From: Parasitella parasitica NRRL 2501
Lineage: Eukaryota > Fungi > Mucoromycota
Assembly (NCBI GenBank): GCA_025201805.1
Contig: MU619322.1
Location: forward strand, 1-64,000
Length of the DNA stretch: 64,000 nucleotides
Reading direction: 5' to 3'
Position numbers and translations under genes: made by a program. The notes under the pieces are model-generated. The model was not told where the DNA came from and ran no database searches. It was given only the letters and a program-made list of their open reading frames with translations. Below are positions 14,476 to 26,516 of this stretch, one piece after another (the first letter of the stretch is position 1; each line of letters opens with the position of its first letter).

Positions 14476-15671
14476 TTAAAAGAAAGGGTAGCGTGCAGCG
14501 GAAGAGCTGGGGGCAGCAGATGAGCTGTGTGCGCCAGAAGAGCTGTGTGCGGGAGCAGAGCTGTGGGCAGGGGCAGAGTTGTGGTGAGGAACCGCAGAGT
14601 CTGCGACTGGTGCTGCTGAAGGGTTTGGTTTATCCGCGTCCTCGGTTGTTGCAGAGACCTTGTCGGCTATTGAGCTGCGAATAACATCGAAATCGATTGA
14701 AGTCTTGGGGATGTTTTTGATGGCACTGACGATTGATTTACCAATTTCGCTCTTGATTTGAGAAGCAATAATGTCTCCAAGGCCGAGTCCAAAGTCGGCC
14801 GCGCCAAAGGAAGCGTTTGAATCTTCGAGTTCTCCAGCAGAACGACGAACCATGTTTTGCTTCCACATTTGGGGTGGCTTATGAATAGAACAAAGATTAT
14901 TAACTGTCAAGTATAGACGTACGTATCTTCACTTCCAACTTACAGCGCTAACTGAGGCTTCAGCAGCTGAGGCCGAGGCTGAAGCCCAGGCAGAAGATGC
15001 AGATGCATAAGCTTCGCTACGACGGGCCTTCAAAACGGCTTTAACAGAAGCCGAATGAGGGGCAAAAGCAGAGGCTGATGCAGAGGCATCTTGGGCAGAG
15101 TAAACGTTTGAAGCTTCTGATTCAGAGGCAGACGATTCAGAATAGCTGCCATCCATGTCATATATGGCACGCTTACTGGGGTTGGCTTTAGGGGTTGGCT
15201 TGGGAGTTGTTGTTGCTGCTGGGGTTGTAGTTAAGCTCGAGGTTGGTCCAGCGACAACTTCAACATCGAGGGAAGGCAACTCAACCTCAGGATGGAGCAA
15301 GCCATCAATAAACTTTCCAAAGTCTGCGACAATGTCATCAAGGATATTAGCAGCAGCAAGCGGTCTGTCTTCTGCGGCTATTCAAAAGGTGAGTCTCTTG
15401 TACCGTACAACGGCAGCTGAAAATGCTCCTTACTGTTTTCAACCTTGACAACGGCAGCCTGTTCCAGCACTGACTCGACGGCGGCTTTATAAACATCAGC
15501 AACTGAAGCAGAGGCAGAGGCAGAGGCAGGGGTAGGTGCAGAGGCGCTGATAGGGATAACATTAGCCTTCTCCAAACCAATCTTCACCTGTTCAGCAGCA
15601 GCGGCGTCTAAAGCGTTGATGCCCAGCACCATAGCGGTTGCAGCGACCATGTATGTAGTAACGTTGACCAT
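14476..15671 (-). CDS. Secreted Ser/Ala/Pro-rich low-complexity protein, unknown function (3 exons)
   Basis: Signal-peptide-like MVNVTTYMVAATAMVLGINA; two GT-AG introns join ORFs 15378-15671, 14929-15300 and 14476-14910 in frame; SAPAHS repeats near the C-terminus; TATAAATA about 65 nt upstream. Confidence 0.7.
14498..14585 (-). repeat. Coding tandem repeat (SAPAHS-type)
   Basis: Recurrent GAGCTGTG units on the plus strand encode HNSAPAHSSAPAHSSSGAHSSS. Confidence 0.7.
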
Positions 15672-16042
15672 TTTGAAATAATAAATACTGATTAGAGTAA
15701 AACAGCTGTAAATTGCTCATTTGCACGTACTTGTATTTATATTGATGCCCCCAGTTGTACGTATCTTTGATAGACATTCCTTCAGATTCGAGATTTTATT
15801 GGAATTATTCCTATTGAACAATGATAAATTTTTAAATTGGCCGGCTATGTTTTATTGTTTTGACTACACAAGTATGTTATCGGCCACATACTCCAGCATC
15901 ATCGAGCAATGATGAACGTCCCATTGCAATTTTCCCTGAGCAGCAGGCCATCAGGAATATGGTTTACCTTTTATAGTCGTTCAAAAGTATGCGAAAATAT
16001 GCGTATCAAAATGCTGGTAAACAATATTACTGAAGATAATGC

Positions 16043-17502
16043 TCAAATCTGCATTTCTTCTCTAATGATTTTATTAAAAGCTTCTGGATTCTCTAAATAC
16101 ATGTGGTGGCCGCCATTCGGCACTCTGAAGACCTTGGTAGGCACCGCCATGTTGGCCTTTGCCTTTTCAGCAGCCCTGTAGTCCATCCAATCTTGCTCAC
16201 CATAAATAAATACTGTCGGCATTTTTAGTTCAGCTAGTCTGTGGAATAAAGGTTTGCGGGCATAGGCACCAGGGGCCAAGATGGCAGCCAATGCAAACTC
16301 GCCCGAGCCAGTTGAAGCTGTTATATTATATCTAGTTTGATAAATCGAATGAATATATTTGCTACTCCTGTCGGTTATGTATGTACTTACAAATAGTCGT
16401 AAAGATCATGCTGCTCTCCTTCATTCAAATGAGCAAATCTTCTCGAGGTATAAGTGTGAACCAGACTTGGTCCAAAGGGCCCAATCATGCGAATGATTGA
16501 CATGGGTGTGACATTGCGATCCCAAAGATACGTTGCCCAAGAGGGTATTCTTCTTCTTGGTCCTTCGGGCTGTTTTTCAAGTACTTGCTGTTTTGCCATG
16601 TTTTCTGCTTCTTCCGCCTCAGCTTTGTATGATGCGCCAATCTCGGACGCTTCTTTCTCTAGCGTCTCTTGAGGATTTTTGTCATGTGCCATTTTCAGCT
16701 GCTGCTCTGCATTTTCCGGGATGCCAGCAGGAGAAACCAGTATCAATTTCTCCACACGCTCTGGATACTTGAGTGCATAGCAAGTGGCAAAGTAGCCGCC
16801 TAATGAATGGCCAAACAGAGTCATATTCTCCAAACCAACCTTTGCTCTCCAATCCTCTAATGATTCTACAAAATGCTCTTCAACCTGTAATGCAGAACAA
16901 CTAACATTAGCACACAATCTGGGTTAAACAAGCATTTAAACACTTGCATTTGTCACAATGTCGTCCCATGTTTGTGATGAAGACTTTGTCAATGTCCATT
17001 TTGGTCTTGACGAACGGGCCATGCCCAGCCAATCCAATGCAAATACTCGCCAGCCCTTCTCCTGCGATATGCTCTCCATATTTCTGTAGAAAAACCCTAA
17101 TCCAGCGCCATATCCATGGCACATGACTAAATTGTGCTTGCTTGTTTCATTTTGGATGTCGTTTATCAAATCTTGCTTGGGCTCTGATTCGAATTCAAAG
17201 GGTTTTGTCTGAGACGGTTGCTGCGAAATGTACAATGTGTTGATTTGTCGAGCCAGTTTGGTAGAGAGTATGTTTTCAGAATCGATGGATATGCGGCCAA
17301 CACGAGCGTAGATGGGAATGCTTGGCTTTGCATTAGGCAAAGCTTTATAGATGCGCCTAATAATACGAGCTTCTGCGATGCTGGAAGTTTTCTCGGATCT
17401 CTGCCACCAATTCTTGATAAAGTTCAACTTTGTCGTAGGCGGAATCACTGCGGGCAGAGAGTTTATAATAGACATGTTTGTTCCATCAACGAATTCGGAC
17501 AT
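16043..17502 (-). CDS. ABHD4/ABHD5 (Cld1/Ict1-like) alpha/beta hydrolase, lipid deacylase (3 exons)
   Basis: VMCHGYGAGLGFFYRN, ALDWLGMARSSRP, FVESLEDWR, nucleophile elbow GHSLGG, LVSPAG, FIYGEQDWM, GHHMYLENP. The ATG abuts an N gap (17503-17542), so the start is uncertain. Confidence 0.88.
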
Positions 17503-18036
17503 NNNNNNNNNNNNNNNNNNNNNNNNNNNNNNNNNNNNNNNNAAAAAAAAAAAAAAAAAAAAGAAAAGAGGGGTAAATGATTCTACCTTCATCGTTTGAT
17601 GACAAGAATATAAATACTCGAATTTCTTATATTGCCATAATAGGTTATCCACGTAATGAAGAAAAAACCCCTAATCCCTATTTTGAGTCATCGCAAACCC
17701 GCTTTTAATAAAGCGCAGACATATACAAAACCTTCCAAGCAATCTTCTTTGGTTTATCAAAAGAGCATGCTGGTTACGTCTACTCAAACAACATCGCACT
17801 CGTTTGTAACATGCAACTCAGAGGTTGATATATGTCTATGATACAGTACAACGTTAAAGATATAATAGGAATCTGATTTATGGTGGCGATTGACACCTGA
17901 TTTGGTATAAAATGACGAACTACTCGTATCCAAATTTAGTAAAACCGTGATCACTGCAGCTTTTGCTGTCAATGTACACGTAAAGGGTCGGTTCGGGGTG
18001 TTTGTCACCTGCGCACATTTTGGAGAATAGACTTGA

Positions 18037-18068
18037 TCCAACGCAAATTCCAACGCAGATTCCAACAC
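18037..18068 (+). repeat. 12-bp tandem repeat (TCCAACGCARAT x2.7)
   Basis: tccaacgcaaat / tccaacgcagat / tccaacac. Confidence 0.7.
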
Positions 18069-18379
18069 ACAATATAGCGGTTACTAAACCTCCTCTATAT
18101 TAGATCAGAAGCGGTATCTGATAGAAAACTAGCTTCCGCCAACTTTGTAGATGCCAGACCTTCACTTGCACGAACTTGCTGCTCATTTGTTTACAAAAAA
18201 AAAGTGTAGTAGTAATTGAAAAGGTAGATGTAATCATACACCATATACATATTTAGTCGAATAGGCTTGTTGAAGCAAACATGTTTTGTATACATGAATA
18301 TGTGTTTTGCTGATCTATGTCTGTGCAAGTTATTTAAATATGCTAATCAAGTTATCCAAATTTCGGTTAGTAATGGGTT

Positions 18380-18433
18380 AAGATATCCATAGTGATGGCT
18401 CAAGGTATCCATGGTGATAGACTAGGTATCCAT
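18380..18433 (+). repeat. 22-bp tandem repeat upstream of the carrier gene
   Basis: aagatatccatagtgatggctc / aaggtatccatggtgatagact / aggtatccat. Confidence 0.75.
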
Positions 18434-18555
18434 TCAAAGCTGTTGATGGAGAGATTGACTTCATCTTTTACCGTCACAAGATCTTTTGGCTTTTAAAGAT
18501 TTACCTAGTCTTTAAAGCCCTCTTTCCGCATTTCTCTTTTGCTATTAGACATAGA

Positions 18556-19905
18556 ATGACCGGCTTGAACCAAGAAAAGAAGGCTACCATTCCCAAGCTT
18601 GCTCAAGATCTAGTTGCTGGTACAATTGGTGGCTGGGCACAAGTGGTTGTTGGTAAGATTATCAAAGGAAAGCAAGTGCTACCTTCAAAATCTCACACTT
18701 TGAACGTAGGTCATCCCCCTGACACAATCAAGGTCCGTTTGCAAACGCAACCTTCGCCTCCTATTTACTCCAGTGCTATGGATTGCGTTCGTAAACTCAT
18801 AAAGGAAGAAGGTGTAAGTTCTACTGGGATTTAATAACATTTACAGAATGTCTTTCTGATTTAAATTGCATACAGCCCAAAGGTCTGTATAGAGGTGTCA
18901 TGTCTCCCTTGGCCGGTATTGGTTTCTGGTAAGTCATTTGATCTTGAACTTGTTTTTTTTGTTTTTTTTTCTTTTTTGATGTTCAAGCATGTAACCTTGC
19001 TCTCATTCACAATAGCAATGCTGTCATGTTTATGACTAATGGTTGGTCCAGACGTATGCTGCAGAATGGCGATGAAAAAAGAGTCTTGTCTATTAGTAGG
19101 TGTCCGAGTGGGGTTTTATGTTGGTATTGCGTCTGATGTGAAATAGTCGAAATTGGAGTTGCTGGATCAATTGCTGGATCTGTCATGGCTTTTCTCAATT
19201 GCCCTATTGAGCTTTTGAAAGTCAAGTTGCAAACACAGGATCCAAAAGGATTTGTTGGCGCAAACGGTAAACATGAGCCTGCTGTGAGTACATGATATAT
19301 TTTTGATTGGGATACATGAAATAGATAACGAGTCTAGTATAAAGGTGTCATTGACTGTGGTATCCGAACAGTCCGCTCTCAGGGGATGGGTGGCATCTAT
19401 CGCGGTATGGGGATTACTTTGATGAGAGATGCTCCTAGTTATTTTTCATACTTTGGTAAGCTATGCAATACTGGATGGTTATGCTGTGGTGAATCTGATT
19501 TTTTTATTTTTTATTTTTCGCCCTAGTTGCCTATGAAGGATTGAAACGATTATTCCAATCGATGAAAAAAGATGGTCAAGAATTGGGAACTGTTGGGTTA
19601 CTGATTGCAGGTGGTTTATCTGGTTTTGCAGCGTGGATTCCTGCATATCCTCAAGACGTCATTAAAAGCAACTATCAAAATGATCTGCGGTAAGCTGATT
19701 TTTAGGTTAGAAACTTTATTTTGTATGTAACATGTGGTATATTAGATACAAATCCATTAGTCAAGTTGCCAAGACTTTGTACAGGTCTAATGGATCCAAA
19801 GCATTTCTCAACGGCTTAGGGCCTACTCTTGTAAGAGCTTTTCCTGCCAATGCAGCTACATTCTTTGCGTATGAGATGGCTATGGATTTCATGAAGGGTT
19901 TTTAA
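18556..19905 (+). CDS. Mitochondrial carrier (SLC25), carnitine/acylcarnitine or basic amino acid subgroup (about 8 exons)
   Basis: Three Px[DE]xx[KR] signatures after splicing ([30 protein letters not shown]); amino-acid-carrier contact motif RDAP; C-terminal [14 protein letters not shown]. Confidence 0.88.
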
Positions 19906-21203
19906 ATATGTATCCTGAATAGTCGTACGCATGACCGCGCATTGTTTGACTCAATAAAGTTTTGTTGGCCATAGAACAAATTAGATTTTCGATTTAGAAA
20001 AAATCTTGACCAAAAATGTCTTTAGAAAACCACAGCTATGGTTCACTTTCTCCTAAAATTAATGGAACAAAAATTAATGGCACAATCTGTTTTATAATAA
20101 AAAATATACACGTTTTGGAGGTGTGCCAATATATTCTGTGTCATTAATTTTTCGTTTAGTAATAAACAGGGATACGCATGATGTAATTGATGTTGAGTTA
20201 TATAATAGGCTGCTATTTTCGATTAACAATATCTTCAGATTTACGTCACATGCCACACAGCTTCAACATTTATACTATATTGCTCAAAAAGGCGTATATT
20301 TCGAAATTATGATAAAAAAGCAAACTGAAGGAAAGGATGTAAAAATGACCCGGGGGAAGCTTGTGTAAAAGTTTTAGAAACTGCAAGAATGTATCACAGA
20401 ACAGGAGCGAGAAAACTATGGCATGGACAACTATCAACCCTTTGAATTGTATGTTCATTGTGATTGCTCTAGATAGTGTCGACAGTTGAGTTGACAGCGC
20501 GTTATTGTACTAGTATTTGCAAAAAAAAAATTCTCATGCCATAATACAATAAACAGGCGACAAGAATCAAGCCAAATTTACAAAAATTTGCTCACGGTCC
20601 ACATGGAATATTTAGTCTGTTGTCTTACCAAACTTACTCAAGACACATAGATTTGCTTGATTCAGGTTGTACTACGGTACTGGGCGAGCAGCGACTTATT
20701 TTTGGCAGCTTCTTGATACACTAATTACCGTGTTGCATTATTTGTAGCATTTAGTACACAACAGACATCCAAGAATGATATGTTTCAAGAATGCGCCATC
20801 GATGAAGTTGCCATGTGAAAATGGCATTTTTTCCAAGTTGATAAAACGCACAGTTGTTTTGTTGTGCGCTGTTATTGTGATTGGCAAAGTTCTTTGTTTT
20901 CTCAAGATGGATTATCAGCTGCAAGCTTATCTGGGTGTGTAATGCAATACCCACGATTCCGTCTTCTGCAAGCTTATCTCGATTCTGATATGTATCATTG
21001 CCATTATGAACAGAAAAATTAGGCAATGCCTGCAGATCGACATGACTTTTCATCAGATGAGCGATTAGCAGATGCAGACTGGGGTAATTGATGGAACAAA
21101 ACAGATGGAACAAGGAGCACCATATCTTTAGACAAATGTAGAGTTGGAAGTCAATGTGTAACAAATATGCTAATAAAGTTTCGGTCTAAATCTTTTTATT
21201 TCT

Positions 21204-21630
21204 TCAATTCAGAATGTTATTTACTCTCATCAGAGATGGATTTAGTAAGGGGTCCATATCCAACTTTTGATGAAACTGTTGCTGTAGCTGAGAAGATAAA
21301 ATAGGTGCTTCCATGTCAATGGCAGGCGAATGCGGTGAGGTTGATCCTCGCACCGAGCTTGTCTTTGAGCTCGACATGCTGGCCAAAGAAGACATGGTCC
21401 TCTTATTGCTGTTAAATCTAGCAAGAAATGAGGCCATCCTTGCATTCTCATCTGCATCCGTTGTATAACGTTCGGAAGGCTGTAGATGATTGTTTGCTTG
21501 GTCTGCTGTATTATTAGAAGCCGTTGTACTGTTAGTAGTGCCATTCGATTGATAAAACGGTGAAACCAAGTTACTAAAATCAATTTCGTCCAAGCTTACT
21601 CTGTCATGTGTTTGTTGATGCTGCTGCTGC

Positions 21631-21673
<43 letters not shown>

Positions 21674-22468
21674 GCTGCTGCTGGTGCCAGTATTCAATGT
21701 TACCTAAAAATCCACTGTCAAGTATCTGTCTTCCAAAGTTTGTATTGTTGAGTTGTTCTAGATCTACCGTCCAATAGCCACCTTTGCTCCCTTTGCCTTT
21801 ACCAGTATTATCTTGAGATAAACGAGCAAGTTTTCGAAAACATCGGTTCAATGATAAATTGTGGCGGATGGTATTCTATACATGTCAATAAGCATGAGTG
21901 AGCTCGACTTGACTGAGGCTCCAAATAAAGACAACATTACCTGCCAGCCTGTTTCATTTGCTTCGTACAGATGGGGGTATCTGGTTTGGACCCATTCGTA
22001 AATCTCTCTCAGAGTCAGACGCTGGTCTCTGGATGTCAAGATTGCTTGGGCGATCAATGAGGCATAAGAGTGAGGAGGTCTTCTTCTCTTTCTAATTGGA
22101 CGTTTCTGCATGTCTAACTGCTGTTGTTGCTGGGGCAAAGGTGGTGGTGGTTGTTGATAGTAGTGTGGGTGAGCATTGGCATAAACTTGCTGCGGAGAAA
22201 ATGGGTAATGCGATTGTGTTGAAGAAGAGGCAGGAGGAGCCATTCCTGCTGTGATTGCTGCTGATTCCAAATAGGACCTATTTCTTAAAAGCTCAAATGT
22301 TGCAGCGTCATTATAATCAGCTGTTGTTTGGTAAAAAGCTTGTTGATGCTGTTCCATTGGCTTCCAATGTTGCGGTAGTAACTCCATTTTCCTATCATCG
22401 TCTTCTTCCAAGTCTTCAATTTGTCCGTCTCGAATATATCTCATACCAGGCAAATGAATTATCGACAT
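21204..22468 (-). CDS. Forkhead (winged-helix) transcription factor with poly-Q; intron 21876-21940
   Basis: RPPHSYASLIAQAI..RLTLREIYEW..TGWQ|NTIRHNLSLNRCFRK..KGGYWTV. Confidence 0.93.
21620..21683 (-). repeat. CAG/CAA repeat encoding poly-Gln (about 21 Q)
   Basis: (TGC)n(TGT)n on the plus strand, within forkhead exon 2. Confidence 0.9.
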
Positions 22469-23086
22469 GTTTATTGTACTGGTTTAATTTCTACGTCAGC
22501 TTTAAAGACCTAAGATGGGATAGATCCTACACGAACAAACAGAAAAGATTTCTCGTTGCAAAAGATGCTCTCTTTTATACATCAAAATCTAGCAAGTTTT
22601 ATTCAAAACGGGAACTTTTTTTTTTTTTTTTTTCATATTTAAATGTTCGGATTATTCATTGCTCAAAGGAAATTTAACTTTTCTGGCCACAAGACTCCTT
22701 TATATCATTATATATCAAAAGAACAACCTAACCAACCACAGCCAAATGCAAAAATTACCCTCCGAATGTAGTTAGCACAGCATCATGACGGGTTCTGCAT
22801 AATATAAGGCTTGAAAATTGGCATTTTACTAAAATGTAACTAATCTTGAAAATCTAATTTTCTTGGCTTATTTAAAGAGACAAAATCCAGTATTTTTCAT
22901 TCCTTTTTTTTCAAACAAGAAAAAAAAAAAAACGCTCAGATATAAATGTTCAAAGGTATATAAATGAAACATCTTATTTGCTTTATGCTCTTTTAAAACT
23001 GGACCGAGAAAACTAATTTTCGGAAATAAACAGACACAAACTACCAGCAGGCCATTACGGCCACATTGACACCCACAAAGCTATTA
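22469..23086. promoter_or_regulatory. Divergent promoter region shared by the forkhead and bZIP genes
   Basis: Head-to-head starts about 620 bp apart; TATA-like motifs on each strand (TATAAAAG on minus near 22575, TATATAAA on plus near 22958); poly(dA:dT) tracts. Confidence 0.5.
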
Positions 23087-23749
23087 ATGGAGAATCCTAT
23101 GCAGCAAGGATGGAGTTCCCATCAAACCTCAATCAATGAATTACATTCTTACATGAATGATGTCAGTATATTCAATCAATCTGCAAGTTTGTTTGGCCAG
23201 CAAGAGCTCAGTATGCCATCATGCTCACCAGACAGTGACAAGATGGCCTCTTTTCCTCAAGTTCCTGTTTCCTCCTCAGCGCTCCCTCTTACCCCGCCTT
23301 CTCCTTCTAGAGACACTATTCCCAAAAAACATCGCAAAAAGCTACTGGAAAAGAATCGTGAAGCAGCTTACCGTTGTAGACAAAAGAAGAAACGGTGGAT
23401 TAACAGTTTGGAAGAGAGGTCTCAGACTGCCGAGACCAAAAATAGAGAACTACAAGATCTGGTTTTACAATTAAGAGAAGAGAGCATCTACCTGCGCAAT
23501 CTTCTTTTGACTCACGGAAATTGCGAATGCGATGTAGTGGTAAGTTTTATTCATTGCCTGCTCAATCCTGTATACTAAAATTTTGATAAATAGCAAGCCT
23601 ACTTGCGACGAACATCAGAGCGACTGTCGAGTAACGTTGTGCCTCCTTACGCTGAAACCTTGCCTACCTCGTTCCACTCAGCCTCGTCTGTATCTAGTTC
23701 TGAGTCTTCGATGAACTCTATGCCAAAAACGAGCCGTCAAAACATCTGA
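23087..23749 (+). CDS. ATF/CREB-type bZIP transcription factor; intron 23540-23593
   Basis: RKKLLEKNREAAYRCRQKKKRW plus leucine zipper (LEE..NRELQDLVLQLREESIYLRNLLLTHGNCEC..V|QAYL), as in the Atf1/Atf21 family. Confidence 0.9.
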
Positions 23750-24899
23750 TCCGTGCAATCGATCAGGATTTATGGATCATTGATCCTCTTCCAATGTGTC
23801 CCCCTCCCCTTTCATTTACTACTAGCATAAAAAAATTGTAATTAACTGTTTCTCATCGTATCAAACCAAATCGGTATTATTGTAATTTCCAATCATTTCA
23901 AACAGCTGCTATCAATATTTGTTTATACATACATTCACTCTGCTTGACGCCTATTGTACCCTCTTCTCTATTGGCTTCCTTCCAAAAATAAAATGCCCTT
24001 TTCTGTTACCAAATTACTGGTTTTCTGTTGCACTCACCCCACCCCCCACTAGATGGCGACTTCGGGATCAGATCCGTAAAAAAAAGAACGCCAACTGTAA
24101 AAAAGATAATATTTGGTGTTATCATTAGCTTCTCTAAAGAAAAAAATTGCCGGGATATCTTTAGCAAACATGACCAACTTGAATGGACTTTTTTCAAGCT
24201 GTTGTTGCTTGAATATACTCCTTTTTTCGTATTTACCCTATTAGTGTCCTGCATACACACAAAATACTATATTATTCACTAACCAAATCAAATGAATCTT
24301 CATATTGAACATGTGTCACACCTGACGTAATAAACGCTTTTACTTCAGTAAACTACAAAAATATTATATCAAGTAAGTAATAGTACAAAACGTAATCGCA
24401 TGCAATTTGAAGCTATTGCAAGCAATATTCTAGGAATAGCATCGTTGCTTTCCATGGTCATTGGGGACCAACAAAAATTGCAAGTGTCTCCTTATTTTGT
24501 TTTCTAAAAAAAAATTGAGGAACTGTGCATAAGAGCTGTGCACAACCAAACAATTATGTATACAAGGCCGATCCCTGTAAGATAAAATAATGATGTATTT
24601 TTCTTTTTTTTTTATCAAAAATCATCATTTGTCGACTAGACAAACCATTGTTTTATCTCTATGCATATCTAGTATCCGTTCTATTTTCTCATTATGCTCT
24701 ATTGCTTAATACTCTGCAGAGACGTTAGACATGGCTCTAAGCAATGGAAAAAAAATCGTTAGTAGTCTACATTGGATGCTATTTAATTCAATGAAAAACT
24801 TAAGCTATATAAAAATAGCCTTTAGTATCATACTTTTCAGCTTCCCAGCTATCATCATATAATATCCTACAGTTCATGTTTTTCTTTCCGGCTGTTTTT

Positions 24900-24935
24900 G
24901 ACCCTCCGAAGAACAAAATGATGGTTCGGAGGGTC
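24900..24935. repeat. Perfect 11-bp inverted repeat (hairpin)
   Basis: GACCCTCCGAA-N14-TTCGGAGGGTC. Confidence 0.85.
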
Positions 24936-25329
24936 TGGGGGAGGGCTCATGTACACTGATATAGCGCACAGAACAAGCTAACAGTACCTATTAAGCATGG
25001 AGAAGATGAGAGAAGTAGGGTTCAAGAGGATAATCCTCCCCAGACTTGCTAAAAAAGCAGAAAATAGTATAGGATGAATAAACATTTGTTACAGAGCAGT
25101 AACTGTGAGACATGTCCAAAAAAGTGGTTTCAAAATGACGGGGTGATAACCTCTTTTCGGATTATAATCAATCAGAAAACACTCATTTTGATTTTTACAA
25201 TAATAATCTTCATGAGGAAAGTTATACTTGACAAAGATGCGAAAGTTGTACGCTATAATGGTAAATTACAACAGTGTATACAACATCCGGCCATCTCTAG
25301 CACCGGCGGCCTTCAATTCTGAGTTGGGT

Positions 25330-25794
25330 AGAATGCGACCTTCCTACTTGGGTAAAATGGATAATGTATGCTGAGATTGCGGTACCTTCCACTGGAAGGC
25401 AAAAAAGCCTGGTCTGGTGCGATAGAGCTCATTCCAAGGTTCACTCTCTTAACCTTACCAGACGCCTTACCATTTACCTTGACCAGAAAGCAATTGCCCA
25501 TCCCATGAGCATTAATAAATCTCAAGGCCAATCATCGAAGAGAATTGCTGTTGATTCAAGATGTCCAGCCTTCACTCGCGGCCAGCTATATACCGCTCTC
25601 TCAAGAGCAACATCTGCCAACAATGTCTCAATCCTTCTCCCCTCCCCCCTTAACGCTCTCGAAGCAGAAATTTCGCATACCCAAAGGTATCATTTAGACC
25701 TAATTAATATATTATCAACAGTAATATTAGAATTGTTTAAAAACGGGCCCGCAGGGTGACAGTGTGATCGAGCGTAGCGAGGTAGAGCGGCTAG
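25330..25794 (+). mobile_element. Helitron remnant: frameshifted PIF1-type helicase C-terminus plus 3' terminus
   Basis: IELIPRFTLLTLPDALPFTLTRKQLPI (from 25422), then in another frame MSINKSQGQS..AFTRGQLYTALSR (helicase motifs V/VI); GC-rich mini-hairpins, then CTAG (25791-25794) followed by T. Confidence 0.85.
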
Positions 25795-26516
25795 TCTATT
25801 GATACAAGATATTATGAGATATGGAACCTTCTTTCTGATTAATTTTTGTGTATTAGAGGGGGTTCAAAAGTGCTTGAACAGGGCAAAAGACGATGCTAAT
25901 CAAGACCTTTGAGAGAGACTAGCATATATATATATCATTTTTTTCTAAGCAACGCAACAGAAAAGAATGCTTTTGATTTCATAAAACTAGCCCTTGCTAA
26001 AGTTTTAGTCCCCTTGAAAAGGCATGCAAATCGCATCAATCTTCGATAGGGATTTCTAAGCACGAAAGGTAATCGTAGCATATTAACATTCAACTAAAAG
26101 AGGACTTTCCAAATACAATGAAAAAAGCACCTAAACATACATTCATTAGGAATAAAGATGGCACATATTTTAATAGTTAAAGGAATCTTTCATAAATTCA
26201 GCAAATAGTCACGAGCGAAGACTTCGATGAACAGAGAACGCGGAAGTGCTACAACCCCATCACCGATATAACCAACAGCAAATGCCAATTTAGAGCTATC
26301 ACATTATTGCTATCATGCAGGTCTTGATTAATAGAATATACTTTAAACAAAACCCACATTTCCTCTTTTGGTTGTGAGATTACAGATGACAGTAATCAAA
26401 TGCATAATCTTTGAAGAACACGGTCATGTGATTGACTTTACTACCCATAAAAATGCATTGCTTCTGATCGCGAGTGCCTTTTTTTTTTATTTTAAATAAA
26501 AGTACATTTATAAATT

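Noticed and set aside
17784-18068. 94-aa minus-strand ORF between the hydrolase and carrier genes
   Set aside because: Non-ATG start inside a 12-bp repeat; no recognisable homology.
18380-18433. Short direct repeats as a CRISPR-like array
   Set aside because: Head-to-tail repeats without unique spacers, eukaryotic context, no cas genes.
20751-21164. 137-aa minus-strand ORF after the forkhead gene, with a repeated CTGCAAGCTTATCT 14-mer
   Set aside because: Non-ATG start, no domain or coding-like composition; probably forkhead 3' UTR or intergenic DNA.
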